Shown here: one piece after another, positions 11,538 through 32,517 of the stretch
Numbering within the stretch: the stretch's first letter is position 1
Layout: every line of letters begins with the position of its first letter
DNA from: Piromyces finnis finn
Taxonomy: Eukaryota; Fungi; Neocallimastigomycota
Length of the DNA: 64,000 nucleotides
NCBI GenBank assembly: GCA_002104945.1
Contig: MCFH01000023.1
Location: forward strand, 124,001-188,000
Direction of reading: 5' to 3'
Program-made: the position numbers and the translations under genes
The notes under the pieces: generated by a model
The model's database searches: none
What the model saw: only the letters and a program-made list of their open reading frames with translations
What the model was told of the DNA's origin: nothing

Positions 11538-11957
11538 AATATATTAATTATTCATAAATGTTTAAGCAACAATGTTTTTGAATTACTCGTAAAATTAATA
11601 TTATTATTATTCTAAAAGAAATGGTGGTATAGTAGGAACTATTATGCTCATCGGATACTTCTTAAATAATTATATAATTGTATTTTGATAAAAAAATAAA
11701 TGACTATTATTAGTAGTTTATCACATAAAACTTTTTCATATTCAATTGATGATTTTATTATAAAAGGTTAACTTAATATAAAATTTTAAATAATTTATTT
11801 ATATGTGTGTGGATATATTTTTTTTTTTAAAAAAAAAATCACCAATAATGAAATATTCACTTGGCAAATTTTAAATAATACATTTTTAAATAATAATAAA
11901 ATTATGAAGAACTTTTATAAAATTAAATTTAATATATTTCTTTTTATTTTGTAATAA

Positions 11958-18878
<6,921 letters not shown>

Positions 18879-20723
18879 TCTTTTTTTTTTTTCATTTAAA
18901 TATTCTATATTGAGTTAATTATGAAAAAAAAAAAAAAGTATATTTACCTCGAATGAATTATTTCGAATTTTGTTAGCACCATTTTTTATATTATTATCAT
19001 TCATTTTGAATAATATTATATATTAAAAAAATTAAAATTTTTGTTAACAGTAAAGATAATGTTTTTTACTTTAATTATAAAATTTATATATCTTTATAAA
19101 TAAAAAAGGTTTATCTTTCAACTATAAAGAATACAAATTTAATTAAAAAAAAAAATTTTTTTTTATTTATATTACTAAATGTATAATTAAAATATAATTA
19201 ACCTTATTAATTTGTTATTCTGAACGGAAAAAAAAAACTATTTTACATAAAAGTTTAAAAAAATATTTTTCCATTTTTTGCTAAGTTTAAAAGTTTTTTA
19301 TTATTATTATTTTTTTTAGTAAAGCATAAATTTATTATTGTTTTAATTATAAAAATTTTAAAATTAAAACTTTATCTTTCCTTTGTAATTTTAATAATCT
19401 AAAAAAGAAACTTTAAAAAACAATTTTTTTCCCTAAATTATTAAATCATATATAAATATAAGATATTTAAAATCAAAAAAAAAAAAAAAAAAAAAAATAC
19501 TTTTTCACAATAATAATATTTAAAATTCATAAATCGCTTAGCCTATTTCAATTTCTTTAACAATATACACTTTTTTTTTAAAAAAAAAAAAAATCTTTGA
19601 TGGTTGGTTTTAAAAAATAAAGTTTAATATATAATATTATTAATAAATGATAAATAATTGTTTTCCTATATAATATTATTAAGAAACATTTTTTTTTAAA
19701 AGATATTTTATAAATTATTAAAAATAATAAAAAATATTTAATTAAATCATTTATATGTGAAGAAAAAAGGAATATAATCTATAATAAAAGATATAATTTT
19801 ATGTAAAAATACTAGTATTTTTCCATATAAAAACATAAAATTATAATTTTATCCGTCATTCTTAATATTAGCATAAAAAAAATAAAAATTTATAATAATT
19901 CAAAAAAAAAAAAAATAAAATAAAATAATTTCAATTCTATATATGCATATTATCAATTATATTTTTATTTTAAATACTCGTTCTAAGATAAATAGCAAAA
20001 TATTTCATTATTTTAGTTTTTGTTAAAACTTGAATTTTATTATAAATTAGTATTTCTTCAATCTTCCAATAAAATAAAATAAAAAGGATCTATATGAAAT
20101 TTTGAATGTAGCAATAACTTTATAAATTTCATTATAGTAACTCTTTAGGTTTATTTATTATTTGCTTGCAAAATAAAAAAAAAATAATAAAAATTAAATA
20201 GATATTATATCAATTTTTTAAATTTACGCCTTTTATAATTGTGATTTTATAATACAATGATTTGTTATAATCATAATTTTATTTTGAATTTCAAGATATA
20301 TTAAACTAAGCTATAGAATATTCAATGGTTTAATAAGATGGTTTATTTTATTTTCAATAATGTACTATTGATTTTTTTTTTTTTTTTAAACTCTATACAA
20401 ACAATCTTAAATTTTGTTTTATAAAAATTAAAAACTAATTTATTTTTATAAAAAATATATTATTGGTTAAAAAAAATTAATTTAAAGATTAAATTTATTA
20501 ATAATTTTTCAAAAAGGAATTTTTTTTTTTTTAACAAAAAATCAAAAATATTTAAAATTGAAATTTATATTACAAAGATTTAATAATGTAAGTAAAGGTG
20601 TATATATATATAAAATAAAATAAAATAAAATAAAAAACCTAGTCCTTTTTTTAATGTATATAATTATATAATTATATTTATATATAAAGTGTTTAAATAT
20701 AATAAAGATAATAAAAATAAAAC

Positions 20724-21389
20724 ATGGCAGAAAAAAAAAAGCAAACAAAACAAAATTCAAATAAAAGTAAAAGTAGTAAACAATTAAAAAATAAAGAACC
20801 AGTTAAGAAAAGTAAAGTTTCTTCATTAGTCGTTGGTTCTATTATTATGTTAATAGTAAGTGTAGTCTTAACTATGACATTTCCTTATATAAAAAATAAT
20901 TTAACATCAATAAATACCACGACTTCAACAACAACTTCAACTCCAGTAGTAAATGAAAATATAGAAAAAGAAACTAGTGTAGTAGAAAGCCAACAAATTG
21001 ATAATGAATATCACCCAAAATTAATTATCACCAGTAATAATAATGGCGAAGTCCACTATGAATTTAAATGTACTTTTGAAATCAATGAAACTACTAAAGA
21101 ACTTGTAAAACGTTTCCCACTTTCCATGAATATGGTTGATCTTAACGGTACTGAAAAATATCATACTCTTAAAGAGTCACTTCCAGTAAGAATTCAACCT
21201 GTTGATAAAGTTAGATATGGTGATATTTTATTATTCCAATCTAGATATTTAGCAGTTTTCTATGATACTTTTGATCCTGTCAAGCAATACAGTATTATTG
21301 GAAAAATTGATAATCCGGAATTATTAAGAGAAGCCGTAGGTACTGGAAGTATAACAGCTTCTTTTGTACCAGATGAAATCCAAAATTAA
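20724..21389 (+). CDS. Membrane-anchored cyclophilin-like fold protein (Cyclophil_like2 type, bacterial-like)
   Basis: 221 aa: basic N-tail, TM helix, Thr/Glu-rich linker, then ETTKELVKRFPLSMNMVDLNGTEKY...GDILLFQSRYLAVFYDTF...IGKI, matching the bacterial 'LPL.M.DLNG.EKY...GDI.L...L..FY..F' pattern. Confidence 0.78.
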   Translation: MAEKKKQTKQNSNKSKSSKQLKNKEPVKKSKVSSLVVGSIIMLIVSVVLTMTFPYIKNNLTSINTTTSTTTSTPVVNENIEKETSVVESQQIDNEYHPKLIITSNNNGEVHYEFKCTFEINETTKELVKRFPLSMNMVDLNGTEKYHTLKESLPVRIQPVDKVRYGDILLFQSRYLAVFYDTFDPVKQYSIIGKIDNPELLREAVGTGSITASFVPDEIQN

Positions 21390-21973
21390 AAAGAAAACAG
21401 TAATAATTAAAATTTAAAACTAATTTGTAAAATAATAATATATATTAAAAAAAAAAAAAAAAGAGGAAATGAATAATAAATAAGAAATGCAAGTGTAAAT
21501 AAAATTAAATTCTTTAGCATACCGATATAATAAAAAGTTTTTGTGTATAATAATGAAAATTTGAAGAAATTTTAATAAAGATTATGGAAAACCGTAAAGT
21601 AAATCTTATTTTTATGTTAAATACACTAAATTTAAAATAAATGATGCATACTGGCCATAAAAATTATAATTAAATTGTATTACTTTTTTTTTTTTTTTTT
21701 TATTTATTTATTTACTTATTTACTTATAATAAATTAACATTTAATTTTATATTATTATACCTTTTTTTTTAATAATATAAACTAAAACAAAAGTTTTACT
21801 AAATTTTTATATTTATATTTTAAAAGAAAGAGTTTTTAATATTCTAGTTTTTTTTTTTTTTATCCCTTTCTAAATATGATTTTTATTTACATTTTATATT
21901 ATTTATTTTTTTTGTATATATTTAAAATTTCTTGTGATGATGCCTCTTTGGCTTGCACTTTTAGTTTGTGTGA

Positions 21974-23557
21974 TTAGTCTGAATTTTCATCATCGGCTGA
22001 ATCTTCAGCTTCGACTGGATTTTCAGCATCGACTGAAATTTCAGCATCATCTGAACTTTCAGCATCGATATCTGGAAGAACAACTTCAGCGTTCTTATTT
22101 TTGAAAACCATTTGAATAAAGTCGTTGAAACCCTTGTACCAAACTGGGAAATCGTGAGTACCTCCTGGGAAAATGTAATCCTTAAAGTTTTCAATTCTAT
22201 CCCAATCTCTCATAGCTTCAACAAAGGCTGGGTACTTTTCTAAAATTAAAGTATCAGCATCACCAGTAGTCATGTAAAGGTTGTGGATCATAAGACCATC
22301 AAAGTCCTTGTTTCCTTCAATAGTGGCCTTGAAATCAGCTGGTTCAACAAATAAGGCTGGAGATAAACCAGCAAAGTTACTGATAAGATCAAGACATTCT
22401 AAAATACCAATGGTGAAAGTTTGACCACCACCCATGGAAAGACCAGAAAGAGCAACATTATCTCTACCTTCCTTAATGTTAAAGTTAGCTCTAACGTATG
22501 GAATTAAATCATCTCTGAGTTCACCCTTGAAAGCGTAGAAACCATCAATATCAGTACCGAGACCATTTGGACCCCAGTTTTTACTGGCAACACCAGTAGC
22601 TACAACAAGAACAAACTTTTCAACACTTCCGTTAGCCATACCTCTGTCCATGTAACCCTTAATCTTACCACCGCGACCCTTGTTAGAAAGTCCCCAAGTG
22701 TTTTCATTTTGACCGAATCCATGAATTAATACAAATAATGGGTATTCAGTTTCCTTATCAGAAGCATCATATCCAGCTGGAAGATAAACCCAAGCGTGCT
22801 TTTCATATCTATCAGCATCGGTTAAATCAGCTTCATTAACAGTATAATCTCTAGTTGGGTAATTGATTTCGACAACAGTACCACGTTGTGAATCAGTTAA
22901 ACCATCATCAAATGCCTTATCTTCAGCAGCATCCTTCTTTGGGTTAAATTTAATATTCTTTAATTGAACCTTAAGTTCATCACCATCATTATTACCTCTA
23001 TTGTAATCATTGAATTTAATAGCAAAACCTAAAACTGAATCGAAATCAGAACTTGACTTAAGTTTTTCAGAGAAATCAGAAGGAATCTTAATATTGTAAG
23101 TAAGGGATCCAGAGTTTGAAGAAGTATCAAAATATTCAAGATCTTCGTAACCACCAAACATACCAGTGGAATCCCATGGAAGAATTCTCATACAGAAACT
23201 TGGATTCATTGCTTCTGCACTCCATTTATCTTCAACAACACTATAATCCATTTCTAAATCAATAGATTCATAATTTTCAATGTTAATTTCTTCCTTATTT
23301 CCCTTAACATAAAAAGCAACACCACCACCGGCACCACCAGCAGCAGTAGTTACCCATGAAACTGAACCATCTTCTAATTGCTCAATATTAGTAGCAACAG
23401 AACCATCAGTAAAAATATTAAATTTTTCCTTAGTATCACGTAAAGTAATACCATAAGTAACGTCCTCTAAATTTAAAGGACCACATGAAACAGCTGATAA
23501 AGAAAGCACAGAGAGTGCAAGCTTCCAACAAAAACTACCTTGTAATTTTTTAAACAT
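21974..23557 (-). CDS. Secreted carbohydrate esterase family 1 (feruloyl/acetylxylan esterase-like) with an uncharacterised N-terminal domain
   Basis: 527-aa intronless ORF with signal peptide, VYLPAGYD...YPLFVLIHG, nucleophile elbow GLSMGG, catalytic-His region GGTHDFPVW, acidic C-terminal tail and strong codon bias. Confidence 0.88.
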   Translation of the reverse strand: MFKKLQGSFCWKLALSVLSLSAVSCGPLNLEDVTYGITLRDTKEKFNIFTDGSVATNIEQLEDGSVSWVTTAAGGAGGGVAFYVKGNKEEINIENYESIDLEMDYSVVEDKWSAEAMNPSFCMRILPWDSTGMFGGYEDLEYFDTSSNSGSLTYNIKIPSDFSEKLKSSSDFDSVLGFAIKFNDYNRGNNDGDELKVQLKNIKFNPKKDAAEDKAFDDGLTDSQRGTVVEINYPTRDYTVNEADLTDADRYEKHAWVYLPAGYDASDKETEYPLFVLIHGFGQNENTWGLSNKGRGGKIKGYMDRGMANGSVEKFVLVVATGVASKNWGPNGLGTDIDGFYAFKGELRDDLIPYVRANFNIKEGRDNVALSGLSMGGGQTFTIGILECLDLISNFAGLSPALFVEPADFKATIEGNKDFDGLMIHNLYMTTGDADTLILEKYPAFVEAMRDWDRIENFKDYIFPGGTHDFPVWYKGFNDFIQMVFKNKNAEVVLPDIDAESSDDAEISVDAENPVEAEDSADDENSD

Positions 23558-25366
23558 TATAAAAAATTATATATTTTTATTTTGATTTTAATAAAAAATG
23601 TTATTTTTTGGTTTATTTATATTATTTTTTTTTAATTATAATTTTTAATATAAAATTTTAATTAGTTTTTTAGTTTCCTTTTAAAAATAATTAAATTTTA
23701 AGATATTATTAATATTATCAAAATCTAAAATAATGATTGGTTTGTACATTATTTTTATAATTATTAAGGTTTTTATCGATTTCATCAATAATAATTATTA
23801 ATAACAAAAATGTAAAAATTAATTTACAACTAATTCAAACATCCGTTTTTTTAATTATTTAAAATCTCGGATCATTAGTTACTCATCTTTTGTGTATCAA
23901 TAATGGAAAAAAATAACCAATATCCATATAGAAAATATATTAAAAGTTAAATTAAAAATTCAGTTACACTGAATTTTATTATAAATTAGAATTTTAATTA
24001 ATTTTTTAAATATCAGATAATTAATATTAAAGTTTCTAATCCTTATACATTCGGTAAATAACTCCTCTTTATTAATAATCAAAAAGATAACTTGATAGTT
24101 CTATTGTTGTTATTATTGTTATTGCTGTAGATGTCTCTTTAATACTGTTCATAAAGTTTTATTATCAATTGAAATGTCTTTATTATTTATATTACTTTAT
24201 AATTATAAGATAATAAAAATTATTTACCTTATCATTTATTCTTTTGTTTATTGCATTATAATTATAGGTTATTTCTCTAACAAAAATATAAAAAATCAAA
24301 TTTTGATATTTTAAAGAGAATTACTTTTTTCTTTGAGAGATGGAGATTTAATGTTTAAAATTTCATTTATTTCATTTTTTTATTATTTCTAATAATAAAC
24401 ATTGATACCAAAAGAAAATAATATTTATAACAATAAAATTGACGTTTTTAATACAATTTTAATATAAAATATATTAGGAATATCACATGAAGTAATAAAC
24501 ATTAATATATTCATTCTCTCATGAAATGCTGAATATTTTTATCTATAATTATTATAACTATTAAATAAAATAATAATAAAAAAAAAACCACCAAATTAAT
24601 TTTTTTGGAAAAAAAAAGTAAACATCATTTTTATATTTAAAAGGATAAATTATATAATATATTTAAATTAAATATTATGTCGATCATTATTATATAACCA
24701 TTACACAACATTAGTTAACTTTAATAAATATATTATTCTATATTAAATCATTATCCATAACATCTTAATTAAATTAAAAAAACTAATTTTAACCAATAAT
24801 AAATTTTTATTATTTATTTGTATTATTGGAAATTGTCTCCTTTTTACCCATTTATTCTTTAGGATCAATGATGCTATATAATGAGAAAAACCTCCTTCAA
24901 CTTATTAAGAAAAGTGACATTATTATATAAAAAAAAAAAAAAGGGTTACCTAAAGACAAAATAAAATAGGATTACTATAAATAAGAAATTATATAATAAT
25001 TGGAAAATAACTCAATAATTATATAGAAAAATAATCCAGTACATTAGTATCAATTTATAGGAATAAACAAAATGATGTAATAATGATAAATTTGGACAAT
25101 ACTTTTATATGTATATGAATATATATATATATAAAAAAAAAAAAAGATAGACGTTTAATTTCTAAATAATATAATTATAAAGTTTATAATATTAATATTA
25201 ATCTTGTGGTAGTGGTGATGGCGACAAATTATTTTAATTATATCTGAATTTTTAAAACATTAAATATAATAATTAGAGTTTTTATTTATTATTAATTTAT
25301 ATTTGTGATATTTCATTCAAAAAAAAGATATATTGAAATAAATGTTTTATAATGATAGTAATGGAT

Positions 25367-25407
<41 letters not shown>

Positions 25408-25945
25408 TTATGTGTATTAGATTATTAGAAATATTACTTTGTTATAACACTTTTAAAATATTCATACCAACTAAATCTATAAATTTTATAAAAATTAAAA
25501 ATTTAAGATGCCACCTATGAATAATCATTTTTTTTACTCACTCCTAACATCTTCTTTCTAAAATTCCTTTTTTTTATTTTTACAAAGTTTCTTTCAGAGA
25601 AAAACCAAAATATTTTATAAAAAGGAATATTTATTTATAAACTATGATTTAAATTCTCTATTGATTTTTGTTTAAATATTTAAAATATAGTAATACTAAT
25701 CTATTTTTATATATAAAACTTTAGTTTTTTTATTTTTTATTAATATCTATTGTAGTGTAATCTATTTATTTATTATTTAAAAGTTTGTTTAATTTTTATA
25801 GAATTATGTAGAATATGTCAATAAAGTTGTTAATTTTATGTAAAGAAAAAAATAAACTTTAATAATAAATGATGTTTATTTAGTATGTTTCAAGTTTTCT
25901 CTCTCTTTTCTAAATACTAAAGCGTTGCCTTGTTCAATAATAAAC

Positions 25946-26570
25946 ATGAAAGTTTTTTAGTATTAAATATTATATAAATTGTTGATAGTTTCCAATAATA
26001 ATTATGAATAATATGGAACATACATATTTACCTTTACATTACAAATAATTACATTTACAATAATACATTTTCTACATTATTATATATTACACAATGAATA
26101 AATCATTCTAGTTGTATTATTATTTATTAATAACGACAAATCTACTCAGTAATACATTATAATAAAATATTGTGACATGTATGTAACATTTGTTAAATAT
26201 TTTATTATTATTCGTATATGTTAGTGTTGAAAGATGTAATAATAATACAGAATATAGAAAAGTTTATATAATGAATGTGTTGATATATTTTGTACTTTTA
26301 ATGATGAAGCACCAATGATTTTATTTATGAATCTCTTACATTATTTAAAAACAAAGATTCTTATATTTACTATTGTGAATCATGGGGTGAGGAATGCACT
26401 AATAATGATGAATGTTCTAAAAAATGTTAAAAGAATGGTTGCCTATAGCAAACTGATGATTCTACATATTCTTAATATATAGTACCTTCATTCTGCTTGT
26501 AATATTTATAATTTAACTAATTATTTGTTGGTATTACTACTATAAATATCCAAAAAGTATAAAAATATTA
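25946..26570 (+). pseudogene. Degenerate Cys-rich membrane protein gene
   Basis: Broken frames give NECVDIFCTFNDEAP and KDSYIYYCESWGEECTNNDECSKKC*KNGCL*QTDDS, followed by a hydrophobic stretch. Multiple stops and frameshifts. Confidence 0.45.
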
Positions 26571-29500
26571 TACATAGTATCTATTATATAATTATTATTA
26601 ATTCTATCTGGATTAGTTAATTTTTTTTTTTTCATAAATAAAATAATATTTAAAATAAAGTTATTTCCATACATCAATTTAATTTTTTTTTGAATGATAA
26701 TAAAAATATAATTTATTTTATTTAAAACCCTATAAATTTTTGTTTATTGATTATTTTTTTTTTCTTTTTCATTGTTATAATATAACTCAAAATTTCAGTG
26801 ATATAATTTGTATGAAAATATCATTTTCTTAATATTGAAAAATGGTAGGATTACAAAAATGTAACCATTCAAAGTATTTATTTATTTACAGAAAAATAAA
26901 ATGAATTAAGGGATTTATTGATGAAAACGGGTTTTGAATTGAAATTAGAATGTAAGTACTTTCTCTCTATTCAGGATTTCATTTATGTTATAAAAGCCTT
27001 TAATGACTCAAGAATTTTTTTAAAAATCTATATACATCATTAAGAATTTTTAAAAAAGAAAATGAATAGTTTTTTTACCTAAAATTTCTACTTTTATTTT
27101 CATTTTGGAAATGCTAATGATAGTCTAATAGAAGAACTCAACTTCTTTAAAAAGAATTTACCTTTAAATATAGTTGAGAATTTTGTAATAAAATTAATAA
27201 AAAATAAATTAAATATATGTGAAGACGATGAATAGTGAAGGCAACTTTTAAAAATTGTTCAAAATAAAAAAATTATTTTAAATTTTATATATAAAAAATA
27301 TATATATTTATTAAAATAGTTAACAATTGGAAAATGTTAATTATTAAAAGGATTAAAAAAAAAGTAGTATTATGTTGTTACTTTTTTTTTTTCGTTTAAT
27401 ATTTATTTTTTTTAAAAAAAAAAACTTCATAAAGTATATAAAAAAATAAAATAAGAATATATTTTTTTTTTCTTAAATTATATTTATATTTATTTATTTT
27501 AATTATTAATATTAAAAAATATATTATTTGTTATCCTTTTCATAGTCGTTACTATTTTATTTTAATGATGCGATGTCCATATAAAATAAATATATGTCAA
27601 TCGCTGTGACATAAATATATTATTAAATGTGTGATATTTATATAAACACGTGTTTATTATGTATAAATTAATACATTAAAAGTATTGTAAACGTAGTAAA
27701 ATGTAATATCTATGTATTTCAAAGAGGAATGAGTTTTTTAATTTATAATGTGATATAAAAATTAATATATTTATAAACAATTTTAACTAATACAGTAGTA
27801 TAGTATTAAATGTAACCATGAAAATAGTTGATCCATTTAATATTACTATTATAATTTTACCATTAGTTATTTGATAAGCCTCATTAATATAAATAATCTA
27901 GGTATTATTTAATATTAAAAAAAGAGCTTCTTGTTTTAGTAAAATCTACTATAGTAAAAGAAGAAGTCAAGGTGAAATGATTTGATATTTTGAGAAAAAG
28001 AGAAGTATTAGAATATAATAAATAAAATTTATAATAGAAATTTACATCATCGCTTTGACTCGAGGTAAAGAGAATGAATCCTTGCCTTTTTTTATATAAT
28101 AATAATTAATATAATAATAATAATTATAACATTAAATATATAATTCTTTTTATTCTTAAAATAGTATTTCATTGGTAAGGTCTTATTCTGTATTTTATAT
28201 TATTATTATTTTTTTATATACTTACTTGGCATCTCTAGATATATTATATATTTAATAATAATAAAAGCATTCTATATAATTTATATATAATTATTTACTA
28301 TTACATTTTCCTACAACATCATCATTCAATATATTAATTTTAATTGATTTTCATAAAAAAGTTTTTTATTTATAACAATACTTTTTTAATTATGGATAAT
28401 TAAATATTGTTTTCATTTTCTATCCGTAAATTAATTGGTTAAACTCAATCATCTATTTATTTGTACTTAGTTATTTGAAGTTACTTGATTGGATAATAAA
28501 TTTAATTAATCTAAATTTGGAAAATCGTCCTCCAATTTATATTACTATCAAATGAGTCACAAATTTATTTAAAATGAACACTAAATAGTGTGATTCAACA
28601 AGGTTGATAGTATTTTAATAATTATCAATCCTAGGTTTAATGTTACTTTTTAATACTAGTAATAACATCATTAAATATAAAAATTGGTAGTATTATTAAT
28701 ATATAAATATATATAGAATTAAATCATCAAAATATATTTTTATATATTATTAAAACAGACAACAATCTATATAATTTCTATTTTTATATAGAAATTATAT
28801 AAAATAATTAATAAATGTTAAGAACTAAAAATGGGGTAAATAAAAGTGATAAAGAGTAATTTTATTGCATTATTAATACAAATATTGATAATTATTTTAT
28901 AAATTAAAAATATATTGTAATTTTCTTTTTATTATATCTTATTCTATAATTGTTTTCTTTTTTTCTTTTATTTATGAAAATGGTTAAAAACAATAATAGC
29001 TAAACTATAACCTAATTTCGTATTTTATTATTATACTAAAATTTAATATTATTTAAGGTTTGCTATTGAATAATTACTTAAGAATTTAAAAATATAATAA
29101 AAATTCTTATATATATAAGTGGCTTGATTATAATACATAACACTATAATAAAAGTAAAATGAAAAATAGCAGTTTATAAAGAACTATGTAAATTATTTTA
29201 AAAGATGAAATGTTCATTTCAAAATTTTTTTAAACAAATATTTTAATACTATTTGATATTTATAAAAAACATATATTGATAATTCTTTTTCATAATTTTA
29301 ATATTACTTTTAATGCTTTTTTTTTTATATATAAAAAATATATTGTTTCATATAAATTAAATTTTTTCAAAATCATAGAATACATAGAATATTCTATTTT
29401 TCTAATATTTTTATGGAAATTACTGGACAGAAAAAAAATTTTACATCTAGATTATATAGTGAGAAATAAAAATTATATTTTATCCTTTTTTTATAAATAA

Positions 29501-30427
29501 TTCAATTTCAATTAGAGAGTTGATATTCAACTTACAAACAATATTTATTACTATAATTATTTTCAATTACTTTTTCTTTTTTTCAGCTTCACTTTGTATA
29601 TATTTTTATTACAAAAATAAAGTTGGAAAATTATTGAGAAAGAACATTATAAAATAAAGTTAGTATTATAAAATGATAATAAAAATATAATTTAAATAAT
29701 TATGAGTAATAACACATTAATAAATTATTTAAAGATATATAATTTAATAAAAATATACATCAAAATTTCAACAATTATTAACTTATTTTATAGTTTTAGC
29801 CTTTCAGTTTTTATTTTTATTTTTTAAAAAAAAATAATTCAATTTTATTATAAATAATTAATAAATACTAAGAAATAATATTTTTTTATTTAATATTAAT
29901 ACAATTTTTCTAGTTCTGAATCAATAAAGATTAACAAAAGATTAATACTATAAAAAAAATCCCTTTTTTTTTTTTTTTGTTATTTTCCAATTTAATATAT
30001 TAATTTAATAAACCATAAATTTTTATTGGTTCAATATTAATTATAGAGTAATAATAATTTATTTTTTTTTCCTAAAGATAAAATGGTTTTAATGTATCAT
30101 AAATATAATAGTATAGAATTAGAAAGAAAAGAACAATAAAATTAAAAAAAAAAAAAAAAAAAAACTAATAAAAATATATTAAAATAAAATTATGTTAATA
30201 ATATTATAATGAAAAAAGAAAAAACGAAAAAAGGACAATACTAAAGTAAAAAAAAAAAAAAAAGTCTATATTTTTTCAAAATTTATAGTAAGGAAAAAAC
30301 TATAAATAGAATTGATTTTTTTCTATTTTTTTTTTTTTTTATTAAAACTAAATAACAAAATAAATAATCAAAATAAGATTATTAATAAAACTTTAAAAAT
30401 CAAGTTTTATAATTAAAAAAAAAAAAA

Positions 30428-31342
30428 ATGCGTTTCAACTTAAAATTAATTATTAGCTTATTAGCAGCTGCTCCATCTGCTTTTGCTGCTCTTGAAGGTT
30501 CATGTACCGTCAATGGTGTTAAGGGTATCTGTATTAATACTGCTAATTGTAAGATGAGTGCTGGTCAAAGTGGTTCTGCTAATTATTATTCAGGTTACTG
30601 TCCAAATGACCCTGCAAATGTTAAGTGTTGTATTAAAAAAGTTAACTACAGTGGAAGAACTGGTACTTGTATTAATGTTAATAGTGGTTGTAATGGAGAT
30701 TTATTTTCAGGACAATGCCCAGGTAGTAGTAATGTTAAGTTATGTTTACCAAAACCATCTTCAAACACTTGTACCTACAATGGAAAAACTTACAATTGTA
30801 TGAATCCAAATAGCTGTGCAGGTACTGTTATTGGTGGTTTATGTACTGGAGGTGCTGACAATAAATGTTGTGTTACTGGTGTTGATGACACTAAAACTCA
30901 AGTTGCTAAAGAAGTTTACAATTTCTTCAAGGGCTATGGATGGACTAAGAATGCTATTTGTGGTTTACTTGGAAATATGGAACGTGAATCCGGTCTCAAC
31001 CCAAATATAAATGAATATGGTGGTGGTAGTGGTTATGGTCTTGTTCAATGGACTCCAGGATCCGTTTTAAAGAATTGGGCCAATGCTAGAGGATATGACT
31101 ACAGAACTGTTAAAACTCAATGTCTTAAAATTCAAAGTGAATATGATCTCCAAAACAAAAATAGTGATGAAAAGCTCTATTACAAGACTACTTCATGTAA
31201 TTTAACCTTTTCTCAATTTATTTCAAGTACTAAAACTCCAGAAGAATTAGCTGAATGTTTCATGCGTAATTATGAAAGACCAGGAGTTGAAGCTCTTGCT
31301 GATAGAAAAGCTTATGCTAGAAAATGGTTTAACTCTCTTTAA
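30428..31342 (+). CDS. Secreted Cys-rich repeat / phage-tail-lysozyme-like (Phage_lysozyme2) protein, copy 1
   Basis: Signal peptide, three Cys-rich modules, then VYNFFKGYGWTKNAICGLLGNMERESGLNP...GYGLVQWT...AECFMRNYERPG...RKAYARKWF, the phage tail lysozyme signature (GN..xES, GLxQWT, F...YERP). Confidence 0.85.
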   Translation: MRFNLKLIISLLAAAPSAFAALEGSCTVNGVKGICINTANCKMSAGQSGSANYYSGYCPNDPANVKCCIKKVNYSGRTGTCINVNSGCNGDLFSGQCPGSSNVKLCLPKPSSNTCTYNGKTYNCMNPNSCAGTVIGGLCTGGADNKCCVTGVDDTKTQVAKEVYNFFKGYGWTKNAICGLLGNMERESGLNPNINEYGGGSGYGLVQWTPGSVLKNWANARGYDYRTVKTQCLKIQSEYDLQNKNSDEKLYYKTTSCNLTFSQFISSTKTPEELAECFMRNYERPGVEALADRKAYARKWFNSL

Positions 31343-31701
31343 GTTGATAACATATATAAAATCATTAATATAAAATCATACTATAATTTATAATATTTAA
31401 ATTAAACATATTATATAATAAAACAATAAAGAATTACAAGTATTATATATGCTAAATATAATGCTTATAATGTTTATTAATAATAATAAAAACAGCATTA
31501 AAATTTATAATTAAAACCATAATTTATATTATTTAAACATAAAATATAAAACATATACAATAAAACATAAAATAAAATAAAATATAATAAAATAAAATAT
31601 ATTTATATAAAATTAATTTTAAAATCTTTATATTTCTTTTGTGTATTGTTAAATATTATTTAAAACACATTTTTAGATGATTATGATTATGTTTATTTTT
31701 A

Positions 31702-31861
<160 letters not shown>

Positions 31862-32517
31862 GTCTAAATAAAATAAATGTTAAAATATCTATATCTTTTA
31901 AAAATATTTTTGGTTCACTTATAAAATACCATTCATTCTAGACAATTAATAATTTTTATCTATTTATTTGTTTTTTAAGTATATCTATTAAATAAATACT
32001 ATTAGACTACTAGTCTTTTATAATTAACTATTTTTAAATATTGAAAAATAATAAAAAAAAGTGCCTATATTTAAATTTAAAAATAATAATTAATAATAAT
32101 AATTAATAGCAACAAAAATCTTTATTTTTTGAGATAATAATTATCTCCAAAATAATAAATTATTATTATTTTATTATAAATAAAGTTTTTAATTGTTCCT
32201 ATTAATTATTAATTTTTAAATTTAGAGTAACTACATCAATTATATATATTAATTATATTAAAATTAATTTATTTATTTATCTATATTATTATAATAATTT
32301 AATAATAATGTGAAAAAATAAAATTAAAAGATTTAAATAATAACTGAAATAATAATACTAAAAAAAATATACTTTGCATATAATAATAAAATATAATATT
32401 TAGGAAAAAAAAAACTATAAATAAATTATTTTTTTCTTTTTTTTTTAAAAAAAAATATAAAATATTAATAATCAAAATAAGATTATTATTGAATAGTTAA
32501 TAAAAAATTTAAAAAAA

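Noticed and set aside
26820-27240. Protein-like degenerate sequence (GFHLCYKSLNDSRIF...HFGNANDSLIEEL)
   Set aside because: Many stops and no family recognisable; cannot support a call.
27642-27657. 16-bp perfect palindrome ATAAACACGTGTTTAT containing CACGTG
   Set aside because: Isolated, far from a gene start, mostly A/T; no functional evidence.
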